From NCBI GenBank assembly GCA_964412585.1, contig CAYPPJ010000003.1:12027-76026 (forward strand): a DNA stretch of 64,000 bases, in the 5' to 3' direction. The position numbers and the translations under genes were made by a program. Positions 55,466-64,000 of this stretch are shown piece after piece (the stretch's first letter is position 1; each line of letters begins with the position of its first letter). A model generated the notes under the pieces. The model had not been told where the DNA came from. It ran no database searches and saw nothing but the letters and a program-made list of their open reading frames with translations. The stretch comes from an uncultured Candidatus Saccharibacteria bacterium (lineage in GTDB: Bacteria; Patescibacteriota; Minisyncoccia; Phycocordibacterales; PALSA-1337).

Positions 55466-57004
55466 ATGGCCAAGAAATCCGTACAATCCACCTCACCAAC
55501 CAAGGCATTTACTGGCGACACTGTTGTGCGTTTTGACGAGGTTTCTTTTGAGTGGGGTCACAACAAGCCCATTCTCGATGAGGTTTCCTTCAGCGTGCGC
55601 CGGGGCACTAAGGTCACCATTATGGGGCAGAATGGGGCGGGCAAGACCACGTTATTCGGCCTCATTCTTGGAGACTACAAACCAGAGTCGGGAGAAATAC
55701 ACCTTGCTCAAGGTGCTACAGTTGCCACTGCACGCCAAGTCATTCCTCGCGACCAACTTGAGCTCACCGTTCGTGACTTTTTCGCCAACTGTTTTTCAGA
55801 GAAAGTATATGATATTGATCCGCGCATTGATGCCGTTCTCGAGGTGGTCAATCTGAGCACGCCAAAAGCCGGAACAAAGGGCGTAGTTGATACCAAAAAT
55901 CGTATCGTTAAAACCTTTTCAGGCGGTCAGCAGGCTCGTCTTCTCTTGGCATCAGCACTTATTCAGGATCCTGATATCTTGCTTCTCGACGAGCCGACCA
56001 ATAACTTGGACAAAGCGGGCATCGAGCATCTCACACAATTCCTCATTGATTACAAAAAAACCTGCTTGGTCATTTCCCATGATGCTGATTTCTTGAATGC
56101 ATTTACTCACGGCGTCTTGTATCTCGATGTGCACACCAAGAAGATTGAACAATATGTTGGTGACTATCATGATGTAGTTGAACAGATCTCAGCACGTATT
56201 GAAAAAGAAAATATGGATAATGCACGTCGTGAAAAGGAGATTGCAGAAAAGAAATATCAGGCCGGACTGTTTGCCCAAAAAGGAGGTCAGATGCGTTTGG
56301 TGGCCAAGCGTATGCGCGAAAAAGCGGAGGAACTTGAAGAGGAAATTGTTGAGGTGCGTAAAGAAGATCGTACCATCAAACCATTCAAGATTCCTGCCCA
56401 GCCGGAGCTTATCGGTGATATTATTTCCATCAATTCATATTCCATTCTCAATCCCAAGACACACAAACCGGTCAAGCGCACCTGTTCAGTACGTCTGCGC
56501 CGCAAAAACCATTTGCTGCTCGCTGGTCCCAACGGTATAGGGAAGAGTACGTTGCTGGAAAAAATTGTGAATGGTGCCGAAGGTGTGACGATTTTGCCGG
56601 GCACTCGCATCGGCTACTATCGTCAGGATTTCTCAATGATGGATTTTAACGATACAGTCTATCAGTCTCTCGAAAAAGTTATCCGCTCTGTTGAAGGACG
56701 TCTCATTGAAACAGAACTCCGTGCCGCGGCTGCTTCATTCCTTATCGGTGCTGATGCAATTCATACCAAGATCGCTTCACTGTCAGAAGGGCAGAAAGGC
56801 TTGGTTGCTTTTGCGCGTCTCGTTCTCCAGCGCCCGGGACTGCTTATTCTTGATGAACCAACCAACCATATAAATTTCCGCCACATTCCTGTGATCGCAA
56901 AAGCGCTCGATGAATATGAAGGTGCAATGATTCTCGTCTCTCACGTGCCAGAGTTTGTGAAGCAGATTCGCATTGATGAGGTGCTGGATTTAGAAAAAGA
57001 ATAG
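55466..57004 (+). CDS. ABC-F family ATPase (two NBDs, no TM domain; translation-factor/ribosome-associated type)
   Basis: NBD1 has GQNGAGKTT, LSGGQQARLLLA and LLLDEPTNNLD. NBD2 has GPNGIGKST, LSEGQKGLVAFA and LILDEPTNHIN. A charged inter-domain linker separates them. Confidence 0.85.
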   Translation: MAKKSVQSTSPTKAFTGDTVVRFDEVSFEWGHNKPILDEVSFSVRRGTKVTIMGQNGAGKTTLFGLILGDYKPESGEIHLAQGATVATARQVIPRDQLELTVRDFFANCFSEKVYDIDPRIDAVLEVVNLSTPKAGTKGVVDTKNRIVKTFSGGQQARLLLASALIQDPDILLLDEPTNNLDKAGIEHLTQFLIDYKKTCLVISHDADFLNAFTHGVLYLDVHTKKIEQYVGDYHDVVEQISARIEKENMDNARREKEIAEKKYQAGLFAQKGGQMRLVAKRMREKAEELEEEIVEVRKEDRTIKPFKIPAQPELIGDIISINSYSILNPKTHKPVKRTCSVRLRRKNHLLLAGPNGIGKSTLLEKIVNGAEGVTILPGTRIGYYRQDFSMMDFNDTVYQSLEKVIRSVEGRLIETELRAAAASFLIGADAIHTKIASLSEGQKGLVAFARLVLQRPGLLILDEPTNHINFRHIPVIAKALDEYEGAMILVSHVPEFVKQIRIDEVLDLEKE

Positions 57005-57241
57005 CTCCTAAAGGGCTTGACTTTTTCCTTTTTTGGGACTATAATACAGGTGTAAGATCTTTGAGGTGTGACTAATAGGGAATGGATTGATAGTGGTTGT
57101 ATCGGCTTTATGGCATTAACTCTACGTACGCAGTCGCCAGACAGCTTTCCGCCCCGATACAATTTCCACACTATCACTCCCACTCCCACTCAATTTTTTC
57201 ACTTTTGTTCTTTTCACCCCCCCCACACCTCTTTCTTACAA

Positions 57242-57274
57242 CGCCCAGGCTTTTGCCCGGGCGTTCTCTTTTTA
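57242..57274 (+). terminator. rho-independent terminator after the ABC-F gene
   Basis: The stem is cgcccaggc/gcccgggcg (one mismatch) with a tttt loop, followed by ttctcttttt. Confidence 0.45.
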
Positions 57275-57292
57275 TACGATCATATTGTCCCC

Positions 57293-59095
57293 ATGAAATC
57301 CGCAGTTCCGCGAAGCGGTCGACACATTCTATCTGCTATACTCACCAGCATGACCCAATCTCAAGCACTCGATATTCTCAAAATGGGGAGGAATGTGTTC
57401 ATCACTGGACCGGCAGGTTCAGGTAAAACCTATGTCATCAATCAGTACATTAAATACTTGAAAGATCATGAGGTCTCGATTGGCATTACAGCCTCGACTG
57501 GTATTGCCGCTACGCACATGGGTGGCGTAACGATCCACTCGTGGTCGGGTATGGGTATCAAAAATAATATGAGTGACCATGATCTAGCAGCACTCGCCGA
57601 CAAGCCCCACGTCGCTCGACGCATTCGCGAATCGGCTGTACTCATCATCGACGAAGTTTCTATGCTCCATCACTTCCGCTTGGATACACTCAACGCAATC
57701 ACCCAGCATATCCGCAAAAGCACTCAGCCATTTGGTGGATTGCAGATTGTCTTGTGTGGCGACTTTTTCCAGCTACCGCCGGTGTCGAAATACGGCGAGC
57801 CAGATACCCATTTCATCTATCGGTCCGAAGCCTGGCGTGATGGCACATTCACCGTCTGCTACCTCGAAGAAAATTATCGTCAAGGTAATGACCCGATCGT
57901 TTCTGTACTTAACGAAATTCGCAGTGGGGAAGTATCCGAAGAGGCGCGTGAACAGTTGCGGAGCCGACATAACCTTGGAGAATGGATTGGCGCAAGCGAA
58001 CAGACTCGTTTGTATACGCATAACGTCGATGTCGATACGATCAACGACACTGAGCTCGATAAAGTGGATGAGCACGAAATAACCTATGAAATGACCTCTC
58101 ATGGTAGGAAGCCACTGGTCGAGGCCTTGAAAAAATCCTGTCTGGCGCCAGAAAAACTCCGTCTCAAAAAAGGCGCGCGAGTCATGTGCGTCAAGAATAA
58201 TTTTGATAAAGGCTATGTCAACGGCACGCTCGGCGTGGTTGTTTCCTGCGGGTATGGTGTTGACCCGGTGATTCGTACTGCGGGTATGCCTGATTTTCCT
58301 GATGGACGGTTGGTGACCATAGAGCTTGCCGATTGGTCTATAGAAGATGATGGAAAAGTGTTGGCGCAGATTACTCAGTATCCACTTCGGCTGGCATGGG
58401 CGATTACCATCCACAAAAGCCAGGGCATGTCGCTCGACGCGGTCGAAGTCGATCTATCGAGAGCTTTTGAGCCGGGTATGGGGTATGTGGCTCTGTCACG
58501 AGTGCGTACGCTGGCAGGGCTTTCTATTTTGGGTATGAATGAAGGAGCTCTCCATGTTCATCCGGAAGTTCTCGAGTACGATTGTCATCTCAAAGAATTG
58601 TCAGTTAAAGCTGAGCGGGTTATGGACAGCATGGATAGCAAGGAAATAATTGCTGCACAGCATGGATTCTTGGCACGAGTTGCACCGCTCTATTCTGTAG
58701 GAAAAGATGGAAAAAAGAAGCGCGTGAAGGAAAAGAAGCTTTCGACGTTTGAGAAGACGGCCGTGTTGATCCGCAATCAGATGTCGCTCAAGGAAATCGC
58801 GGCGGAGCGAGGCATGATTGTCGAGACCATCATCAGTCATATCGAAAAATTGATTGAGATGGGTCCGGATAGCGGTGGGCTGACCTTGAATGAGATTTCA
58901 TATCTCAAAAAGGAGATTTCACCGATTCATTTTCTCAAAATTGAAAAAGCGCTGGAAGAAGTTACCGAAAAACAAAAAAAAGATGAGCCGCCGCTACTCA
59001 CGCCAGTGAAGAGGATTGTTGGCTCAAATGTCTCGTTTCGAGATATTCAGTTGGCGCGGGTATTGTTGGGGTATGTGAAGAGGAAGGTGAGTTGA
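57293..59095 (+). CDS. Pif1-family ATP-dependent DNA helicase with C-terminal HTH-like extension
   Basis: The start is set at an internal Met (the ORF track begins at 57068 in apparent leader sequence). Motif I is FITGPAGSGKT, motif II is LIIDEVSML, QxxR is CGDFFQLPPV, and the C-terminal region is HKSQGMS. The tail is helix-rich. Confidence 0.8.
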   Translation: MKSAVPRSGRHILSAILTSMTQSQALDILKMGRNVFITGPAGSGKTYVINQYIKYLKDHEVSIGITASTGIAATHMGGVTIHSWSGMGIKNNMSDHDLAALADKPHVARRIRESAVLIIDEVSMLHHFRLDTLNAITQHIRKSTQPFGGLQIVLCGDFFQLPPVSKYGEPDTHFIYRSEAWRDGTFTVCYLEENYRQGNDPIVSVLNEIRSGEVSEEAREQLRSRHNLGEWIGASEQTRLYTHNVDVDTINDTELDKVDEHEITYEMTSHGRKPLVEALKKSCLAPEKLRLKKGARVMCVKNNFDKGYVNGTLGVVVSCGYGVDPVIRTAGMPDFPDGRLVTIELADWSIEDDGKVLAQITQYPLRLAWAITIHKSQGMSLDAVEVDLSRAFEPGMGYVALSRVRTLAGLSILGMNEGALHVHPEVLEYDCHLKELSVKAERVMDSMDSKEIIAAQHGFLARVAPLYSVGKDGKKKRVKEKKLSTFEKTAVLIRNQMSLKEIAAERGMIVETIISHIEKLIEMGPDSGGLTLNEISYLKKEISPIHFLKIEKALEEVTEKQKKDEPPLLTPVKRIVGSNVSFRDIQLARVLLGYVKRKVS

Positions 59096-59119
59096 TAAGT
59101 CATTTGCTATACTCAGGGC

Positions 59120-59374
59120 ATGTTCTACGTCTACATTCTCCACTGCTCCGATGGCACCTACTATGTTGGTTCAACGAATGATTTGGAGAAGCGGTTACAT
59201 TCGCATAATCATTTGAAATCAGGCGCACATTATACGAAAATCCGCCGACCTGTTACGTTGGTCTACTCAAGAAAGTGCAGAACCTATTCAAAGGTGCGCT
59301 CCCTTGAAGGAGAGTTCAAACGACTAAGTCGGGCAGAAAAAACTCAATTGATCGAACGCGCCGCAAAGAAATGA
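59120..59374 (+). CDS. GIY-YIG nuclease-fold small protein (UPF0213/YhbQ-like)
   Basis: FYVYILHCSDGTYYVGSTNDLEKRLHSHN is the canonical GIY-YIG core. The protein is 84 aa. Confidence 0.7.
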   Translation: MFYVYILHCSDGTYYVGSTNDLEKRLHSHNHLKSGAHYTKIRRPVTLVYSRKCRTYSKVRSLEGEFKRLSRAEKTQLIERAAKK

Positions 59375-59913
59375 ATATTCCTTACACATGTATCCGAAGT
59401 TCGCGTGCTCGTAGCATGCGCATCACTATTTATCCGACCGGTGAGGTCAAGGTGACGGCGCCACGACTGGTCCCTGAATTTGTAGTCAGGCGTTTTGTGG
59501 CGAGCAGGGAAGAATGGATCTCGAGAAAGGTTGCAGAATTCAAGTCGAGGCCAGTCGCGCCAAAACGAATTCAATGGGGAACTGGAAAGCGTCGTGAATA
59601 TCTAGCGCACAAAAAAGCAGCGTATGCTTTGGCGGTTGAAAAGGTCCGTCATGTTGCAGAAAAATATGGCGTACAGTTCGGCACTATTACTATTCGAAAT
59701 CAGAAAACTCGCTGGGGAAGTTGTACGAGGAAAGGGAATTTGAGCTTCAGTTATCGCATTGTCTTTTTGCCCGAGGAATTGCAGAACTATTTGGTAGTCC
59801 ATGAAGTGTGTCATATTCGTGAGTTCAACCACTCAAAGGCATTCTGGGAGTTAGTTGCACAAGAGGTTCCGAAGTATACAGAATTGAGAAAAAGGCTGAA
59901 GGGGATCGAATGA
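59371..59913 (+). CDS. YgjP-like metal-dependent hydrolase (DUF45/M48-related)
   Basis: WGSCTRKGNLSFSYRIVFLPEELQNYLVVHEVCHIREFNHSKAFW contains the HExxH-type motif of the family. The gene overlaps the GIY-YIG gene by 4 nt. Confidence 0.7.
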   Translation: MNIPYTCIRSSRARSMRITIYPTGEVKVTAPRLVPEFVVRRFVASREEWISRKVAEFKSRPVAPKRIQWGTGKRREYLAHKKAAYALAVEKVRHVAEKYGVQFGTITIRNQKTRWGSCTRKGNLSFSYRIVFLPEELQNYLVVHEVCHIREFNHSKAFWELVAQEVPKYTELRKRLKGIE

Positions 59914-59917
59914 GTTG

Positions 59918-61234
59918 TTACTTCACGCTATTTCCCGCCACATACCCACTCGTCCAGCAGATTTGCAAACTATAGCCGCCCGACGGACGATCAATGTTAA
60001 GAATATCGCCGACCAAATAAAGATTGGAAACAAGCTTTGATTGCATGGTTTTGAAATCAACTTCAGTCAGTACCACGCCACCTGATGTGACAATAGCTTT
60101 TTCTACGCCGAGCAAACCCGTTGCTTGCATACGCAGATCTTTGAGGAGTCTTACGAGATTGAGTCGTTCTTCGCGGGTCACGCTGTGGCAGAAGGTGTCG
60201 GGATTGATACCAGATTTCTCTACGATAACAGGTGCGAGCGATGACGGGACCAGTGAGCCGAGTGAATTTTTGAACTTTTTGTTGCTCTCTTTTTTGAAAA
60301 GATCTTGCAGTGCGTCATTCATAGTTGAGTAATCGTGTTTCGGCATAACGTCCACTGAAATAACCACTTCTCCATATTTGAGGAGTTCGCGGATGTCTTT
60401 ACTCATGTTGAGAATAGTCGGACCGCTGACGCCAAAATGAGTAAAGAGAATTTTACCTTTCTTCACGGCCTGCTTGGTTTCATTCTGGAAGAGCGTAATT
60501 TTCACCTCCGGCAATGAGAGGCCAGAAATTCGTTTCACCCACTCATCTGCTACTTTCACGGGAACGAGGGCCGCATCTGGTTCGATCACCGAGTGGCCGA
60601 GCTTTTTGAGCCAGGCAAAGCCGTCGCCGGTCGAACCGGTTTCTGGACGGGATTTGCCACCAGTTGCGAGGATGAATGAGTTGGCGTTAATAGTTTTGCC
60701 GCCTTTGAGCTGGATGGATTGAATGCGTCGCGGGGAAGCTTTGGTGACTTCATCAACGGTCTCATTGAATCCGGTAACTGTAGAATTTGAGAGCATCGTA
60801 ACATTTCCTTTTCTCATATATTCAACCAACACATCACAGACCGACTGTGCTGAATCGCTAACAGGAAAGACACGCTTTTCTGCCTCAACTTTTGTCTTCA
60901 TGCCGTGTGAGTTGAAAAAATCCAACGCCCCTTTAACACTGAACTGTGAGAAAGCTGAAAAAAGGAATTTGTCATTTTCTTTGAATTTGGCCAAAAGTGT
61001 TCGGTCGTCAAATTCAGCGTTGGTGACATTGCATCGTCCGCCGCCAGTAATAAGAAGTTTTTTGCCGAGTGTGTCATTTTTCTCGATCAAGATCACCTTG
61101 AGTCCGCGTTCAGCTGCGCGTCCTGCAGCCATCATACCAGCCGGTCCACCACCGATCACGGCGACGTCGAAAATCTGATCGAAGATTTCGGGGCGAATTT
61201 TTGGCGGTGTTGTAGCGGTAACGCTTTTCTTCAT
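59918..61234 (-). CDS. HI0933-like FAD-dependent flavoprotein (BaiN/aminoacetone oxidase family)
   Basis: The N-terminal dinucleotide site is DVAVIGGGPAGMMAA. ITGGGRCNVTN and the C-terminal GDILNIDRPSGGYSLQ are typical of PF03486. Confidence 0.8.
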   Translation of the reverse strand: MKKSVTATTPPKIRPEIFDQIFDVAVIGGGPAGMMAAGRAAERGLKVILIEKNDTLGKKLLITGGGRCNVTNAEFDDRTLLAKFKENDKFLFSAFSQFSVKGALDFFNSHGMKTKVEAEKRVFPVSDSAQSVCDVLVEYMRKGNVTMLSNSTVTGFNETVDEVTKASPRRIQSIQLKGGKTINANSFILATGGKSRPETGSTGDGFAWLKKLGHSVIEPDAALVPVKVADEWVKRISGLSLPEVKITLFQNETKQAVKKGKILFTHFGVSGPTILNMSKDIRELLKYGEVVISVDVMPKHDYSTMNDALQDLFKKESNKKFKNSLGSLVPSSLAPVIVEKSGINPDTFCHSVTREERLNLVRLLKDLRMQATGLLGVEKAIVTSGGVVLTEVDFKTMQSKLVSNLYLVGDILNIDRPSGGYSLQICWTSGYVAGNSVK

Positions 61235-61316
61235 GTGGGTAGAGTAGCATAACTACGGTATAATTCTAACTAGCGTTCCTTGAGAGCGTAATCACCCACA
61301 ACCCAAAGGCCTTACT

Positions 61317-62162
61317 ATGGATGCTTCTATGTCGAACGGGAGGAAGGTCGAAGAGCCCTTTTCCCCGGTATTGTTTATCGTAACCGTTGTTCTCACTCTG
61401 CTCGCAATTTTCGGGGCGCTGGCGCTGTGTGTTCCCAGCATTTGGGCCACGCAGATCCATTCGTCATCGTGGATGATATTCAAAGTTTTTCTCGTCACGC
61501 ATGTTATTGCGGCGGGATTTGAGTTTGTTTTTCACCGATATGTTTTCCATAAACATCCCATTCCGTTTCTGAAGCGTTTTTATACGCAACACACGATTCA
61601 TCACGGCCTGACCAACGTCAAACTGATACGGTCTGCTGATGGTAAAAGAGTCTTCAACAGATACGCCATCGTCACAGAAAAACAGCACGAAGCTTCGTAT
61701 TTTCCGTGGTTCTCGCTTGGTGCATTTATCGGCGTCAGCTCGCCGGTACTTATCATCGCGCAGTTACTCATGCCCAGTCTGCCCATCTTGTACGGTGGCA
61801 TCCTGGCAATCGCGTGGTCAATGATTCTGTATGAACTCATCCACGCGCTCGAGCACTTGGAATACGAGACGTTTTGGAAGTCGCGTATTGAACACCCTGT
61901 TTTTGGTAGATGTTGGAAAATCGCCTACTGCTTTCATCTGCGTCATCATGCCAACATTTTGTGCAATGAAGCGGTCGGGGGATTTTTCGGATTTCCCATC
62001 TTCGATTGGGTTTGTCGTACCTACATGTCATCGCGCTTGGTTCTTCTTGAAGGAGTGCCGGCGATCGAACAGGATTTCGAGCCGCCGCGGCCAATCTGGC
62101 CCGTTCGTGTCCTCGATACGTGGGCTGATTACTTCACGAGATTGCAGAGTAAGCCGGCCTAA
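61317..62162 (+). CDS. fatty-acid hydroxylase / sterol desaturase superfamily membrane protein
   Basis: Histidine boxes are present (HRYVFHKH, HTIHH, HALEH, HLRHH) in a polytopic membrane protein. Confidence 0.6.
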   Translation: MDASMSNGRKVEEPFSPVLFIVTVVLTLLAIFGALALCVPSIWATQIHSSSWMIFKVFLVTHVIAAGFEFVFHRYVFHKHPIPFLKRFYTQHTIHHGLTNVKLIRSADGKRVFNRYAIVTEKQHEASYFPWFSLGAFIGVSSPVLIIAQLLMPSLPILYGGILAIAWSMILYELIHALEHLEYETFWKSRIEHPVFGRCWKIAYCFHLRHHANILCNEAVGGFFGFPIFDWVCRTYMSSRLVLLEGVPAIEQDFEPPRPIWPVRVLDTWADYFTRLQSKPA

Positions 62163-62179
62163 GCTAGCTACTCTATTTC

Positions 62180-62212
62180 GCGCCGCCCGGAGGTTCTGGG
62201 CGGCTTTTATTT
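62180..62212 (+). terminator. rho-independent terminator after the hydroxylase gene
   Basis: The stem is gccgccc/gggcggc with a 9-nt loop, followed by ttttatttg. Confidence 0.55.
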
Positions 62213-62311
62213 GACTTTTTCCTTCAAATAGTTTATAGTGATTACCTATCAATCTCTCATTGTTCGCCTTTGAAATCTATAGGCATTCTGATGGGATAAC
62301 GCCCATCGGGC

Positions 62312-63577
62312 ATGTCGTGCGCATCAGCGCACATAATATGTATGTATCAAAAGCATTTTAGAGGCGGAAGCCATAGCGGCGCCGCCAAACAGTTCAATTA
62401 TAGGAAACCAGGTGGCCGAGGAGGTCATGGAGGCGGCAGGGGACGCGGTGGTCGCGGACCAGGCGGTGGTTTTTCCAAATATATCGACGTCTCAAAGTTT
62501 GTGAACAAGGCGGTCATTACCGAAAAGACTGAGCACTTTGTGCCAGATCACAATTTTGCTGATTTCCAGATCGACAATCGTCTCAAAACAAACATTGCGA
62601 CAAAGGGTTATTTTGTCCCAACACCAATCCAAGATAAGGCAATACCACATGTTCTCCGAGGAGCCGACCTTGTTGGTATTGCCAATACTGGTACTGGAAA
62701 GACTGCCGCATTCTTGATTCCTCTCATCAACAAGATCCTCACCAATCCAAAAGAAAAAGTGCTGATCATCGTGCCAACACGCGAACTTGCTCAGCAGATT
62801 GAGCAGGAGTTCATGGGCTTTGTAAAGCATATGGCACTCTGGTCAGTCTGTTGCGTCGGTGGGGCATCTATCGTACCTCAGCTCAAGGCGCTTGGACGCC
62901 AATACAATTTCGTCATTGGTACGCCCGGACGTCTTCGTGACCTTATCGAACGCGGCAAGATCCGTCTCAACGAATACGCCACCGTCGTTCTCGATGAGGC
63001 TGATCGTATGCTTGATATGGGATTCATCAACGATATCAAGTTCATGATGGCTGGTATGCCAAAGGTGCGCCAAACATTGTTTTTCTCGGCGACTATGTCT
63101 CCAGAAATCAAGGCGCTCATTTCTCATTTCCTCAAAGATCCTGTCAGCATCTCAGTGAAAACTGCGGACACCGCTCAGTCAGTCGAACAGGATATTATCC
63201 GTGTTCCAGTAGGGCAGAATAAGCTCGATGTTCTCCAAGGTCTCCTCAATCAGCCTGGTTTTACCAAGGTTCTCATTTTCGGCAAAACCAAACACGGAGT
63301 TCAACGACTCGCTGAGGATCTCATCAAGCGTGGATTTACCGCAGAAGCTATTCATGGCAACAAGAGTCAGAGTCAGCGTATGCGCGCACTCAAAGCCTTC
63401 AAGGATCATCAGGTCAAGATTTTGACGGCAACTGATGTTGCTGCACGTGGTCTTGATATCTCTGGTATTACTCACGTGATCAACTTTGATATTCCCGCTA
63501 CGTATGAAGATTACGTTCATCGTATTGGCCGTACTGGTCGTGCGGGAAAGCAGGGAAAGGCACTGACGTTTGTGTAA
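62312..63577 (+). CDS. DEAD-box ATP-dependent RNA helicase with N-terminal Gly/Arg-rich extension
   Basis: The Q-motif is FVPTPIQ, motif I is ANTGTGKT, PTRELA, DEAD (VLDEADRM), SAT, and motif VI is HRIGRTGRAG. An N-terminal GGRGGHGGGRGRGGRGPGGG tract precedes the core. The true start may be the Met at 62342. Confidence 0.85.
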   Translation: MSCASAHIICMYQKHFRGGSHSGAAKQFNYRKPGGRGGHGGGRGRGGRGPGGGFSKYIDVSKFVNKAVITEKTEHFVPDHNFADFQIDNRLKTNIATKGYFVPTPIQDKAIPHVLRGADLVGIANTGTGKTAAFLIPLINKILTNPKEKVLIIVPTRELAQQIEQEFMGFVKHMALWSVCCVGGASIVPQLKALGRQYNFVIGTPGRLRDLIERGKIRLNEYATVVLDEADRMLDMGFINDIKFMMAGMPKVRQTLFFSATMSPEIKALISHFLKDPVSISVKTADTAQSVEQDIIRVPVGQNKLDVLQGLLNQPGFTKVLIFGKTKHGVQRLAEDLIKRGFTAEAIHGNKSQSQRMRALKAFKDHQVKILTATDVAARGLDISGITHVINFDIPATYEDYVHRIGRTGRAGKQGKALTFV

Positions 63578-63608
63578 TCAATTTTTGGGGTAAAATATAT
63601 TCAGATAA

Positions 63609-63639
63609 AAAAAGCCCGGCTCGTGAGAGTCGGGTGGTA
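63609..63639 (-). terminator. rho-independent terminator for the minus-strand gene at the window end
   Basis: On the minus strand the hairpin cacccgactc-tcac-gagccggg is followed by ttttttt (the plus-strand aaaaaaa at 63610..63616). Confidence 0.55.
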
Positions 63640-63661
63640 TGGTGAGCGGATGTTTTGGAAA

Positions 63662-63994
63662 TTATGCCGGTTCGGGCATACGCAAGCCCCTGACCATTTC
63701 TGGTTTGAGAACTACTCCCGTTTCCCCAACATATCCTCGTGGCAGCAAAATCGCGCTGCCAACTCCAGGTATTTTGAAGCGGAATGAATTGGCATCTGAT
63801 GCTTCACGGGGTATGCCGCTCAGAGTATAATCAAATGCGATTGTCAGACGTTTTGGGTCTTCGCAGATTTCCCACCTACGAGTGCATGCTGGTCCGCCGC
63901 CGGAATCTTTTTGTGCGCACCAATCAAGCATAAAGGTGAATTGATTGTCGGTATCTCCCATCATCATCCGTGCAATGGGGCCGCCATACCGCAT
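63662..63994 (-). CDS. hypothetical protein (start at or beyond the window edge)
   Basis: The ORF reaches within 6 nt of the window end and a terminator lies downstream. No motif was recognised. Confidence 0.3.
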   Translation of the reverse strand: MRYGGPIARMMMGDTDNQFTFMLDWCAQKDSGGGPACTRRWEICEDPKRLTIAFDYTLSGIPREASDANSFRFKIPGVGSAILLPRGYVGETGVVLKPEMVRGLRMPEPA

Positions 63995-64000
63995 TATCCC

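Noticed and set aside
57068-57292. Tracked 5' extension of the Pif1 ORF (MTNREWIDSGCIGFMALTLRTQSPD...)
   Set aside because: The sequence is low-complexity and leader-like and contains the upstream gene's terminator hairpin (57242..57274). The helicase homology begins after the Met at 57293.

Overview
The window looks bacterial, with compact genes and about 45-50% GC. The gene content could fit a Patescibacteria/CPR-type organism: a Pif1 helicase, free-standing SWIB and SET domain genes, and several giant surface proteins. That placement is only an inference.

The most interesting content is a non-cellulosomal cohesin-dockerin surface system. Two secreted proteins end in type-I dockerin modules: a 504-aa FN3/Ig-like protein at 2030..3544 and a 5,595-aa giant protein at 19020..35807. 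Each dockerin gene is immediately followed by two genes for signal-peptide proteins with a cohesin-like domain and a C-terminal transmembrane anchor (3546..4475 and 4429..5901; 35810..36424 and 36393..37886). A fifth anchored cohesin gene lies alone at 48921..50273 (-).

The giant protein has a signal peptide, a Pro/Thr-rich stalk, an unassigned globular region, about 50 GLUG-like Gly/Ala-rich repeats, about 16 near-identical tandem FN3 repeats, and a poly-Gly linker before the dockerin. A WxL-like / DUF916-like surface-protein trio (10..2017) sits directly upstream of the first dockerin gene on the same strand.

The rest of the window is ordinary housekeeping: pyrG, trhO, tRNA-Gln, ilvD, ilvC, an ABC exporter, an ABC-F ATPase, a Pif1 helicase, a DEAD-box helicase, NDH-2, a ZIP transporter and a histidine kinase. 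A lower-GC, tRNA-Gln-adjacent stretch (about 11.6-18.3 kb) carries accessory enzymes and a hypothetical protein with a PIN-like N-terminus, and several clear rho-independent terminators are visible. No CRISPR array, integrase or transposase was seen.
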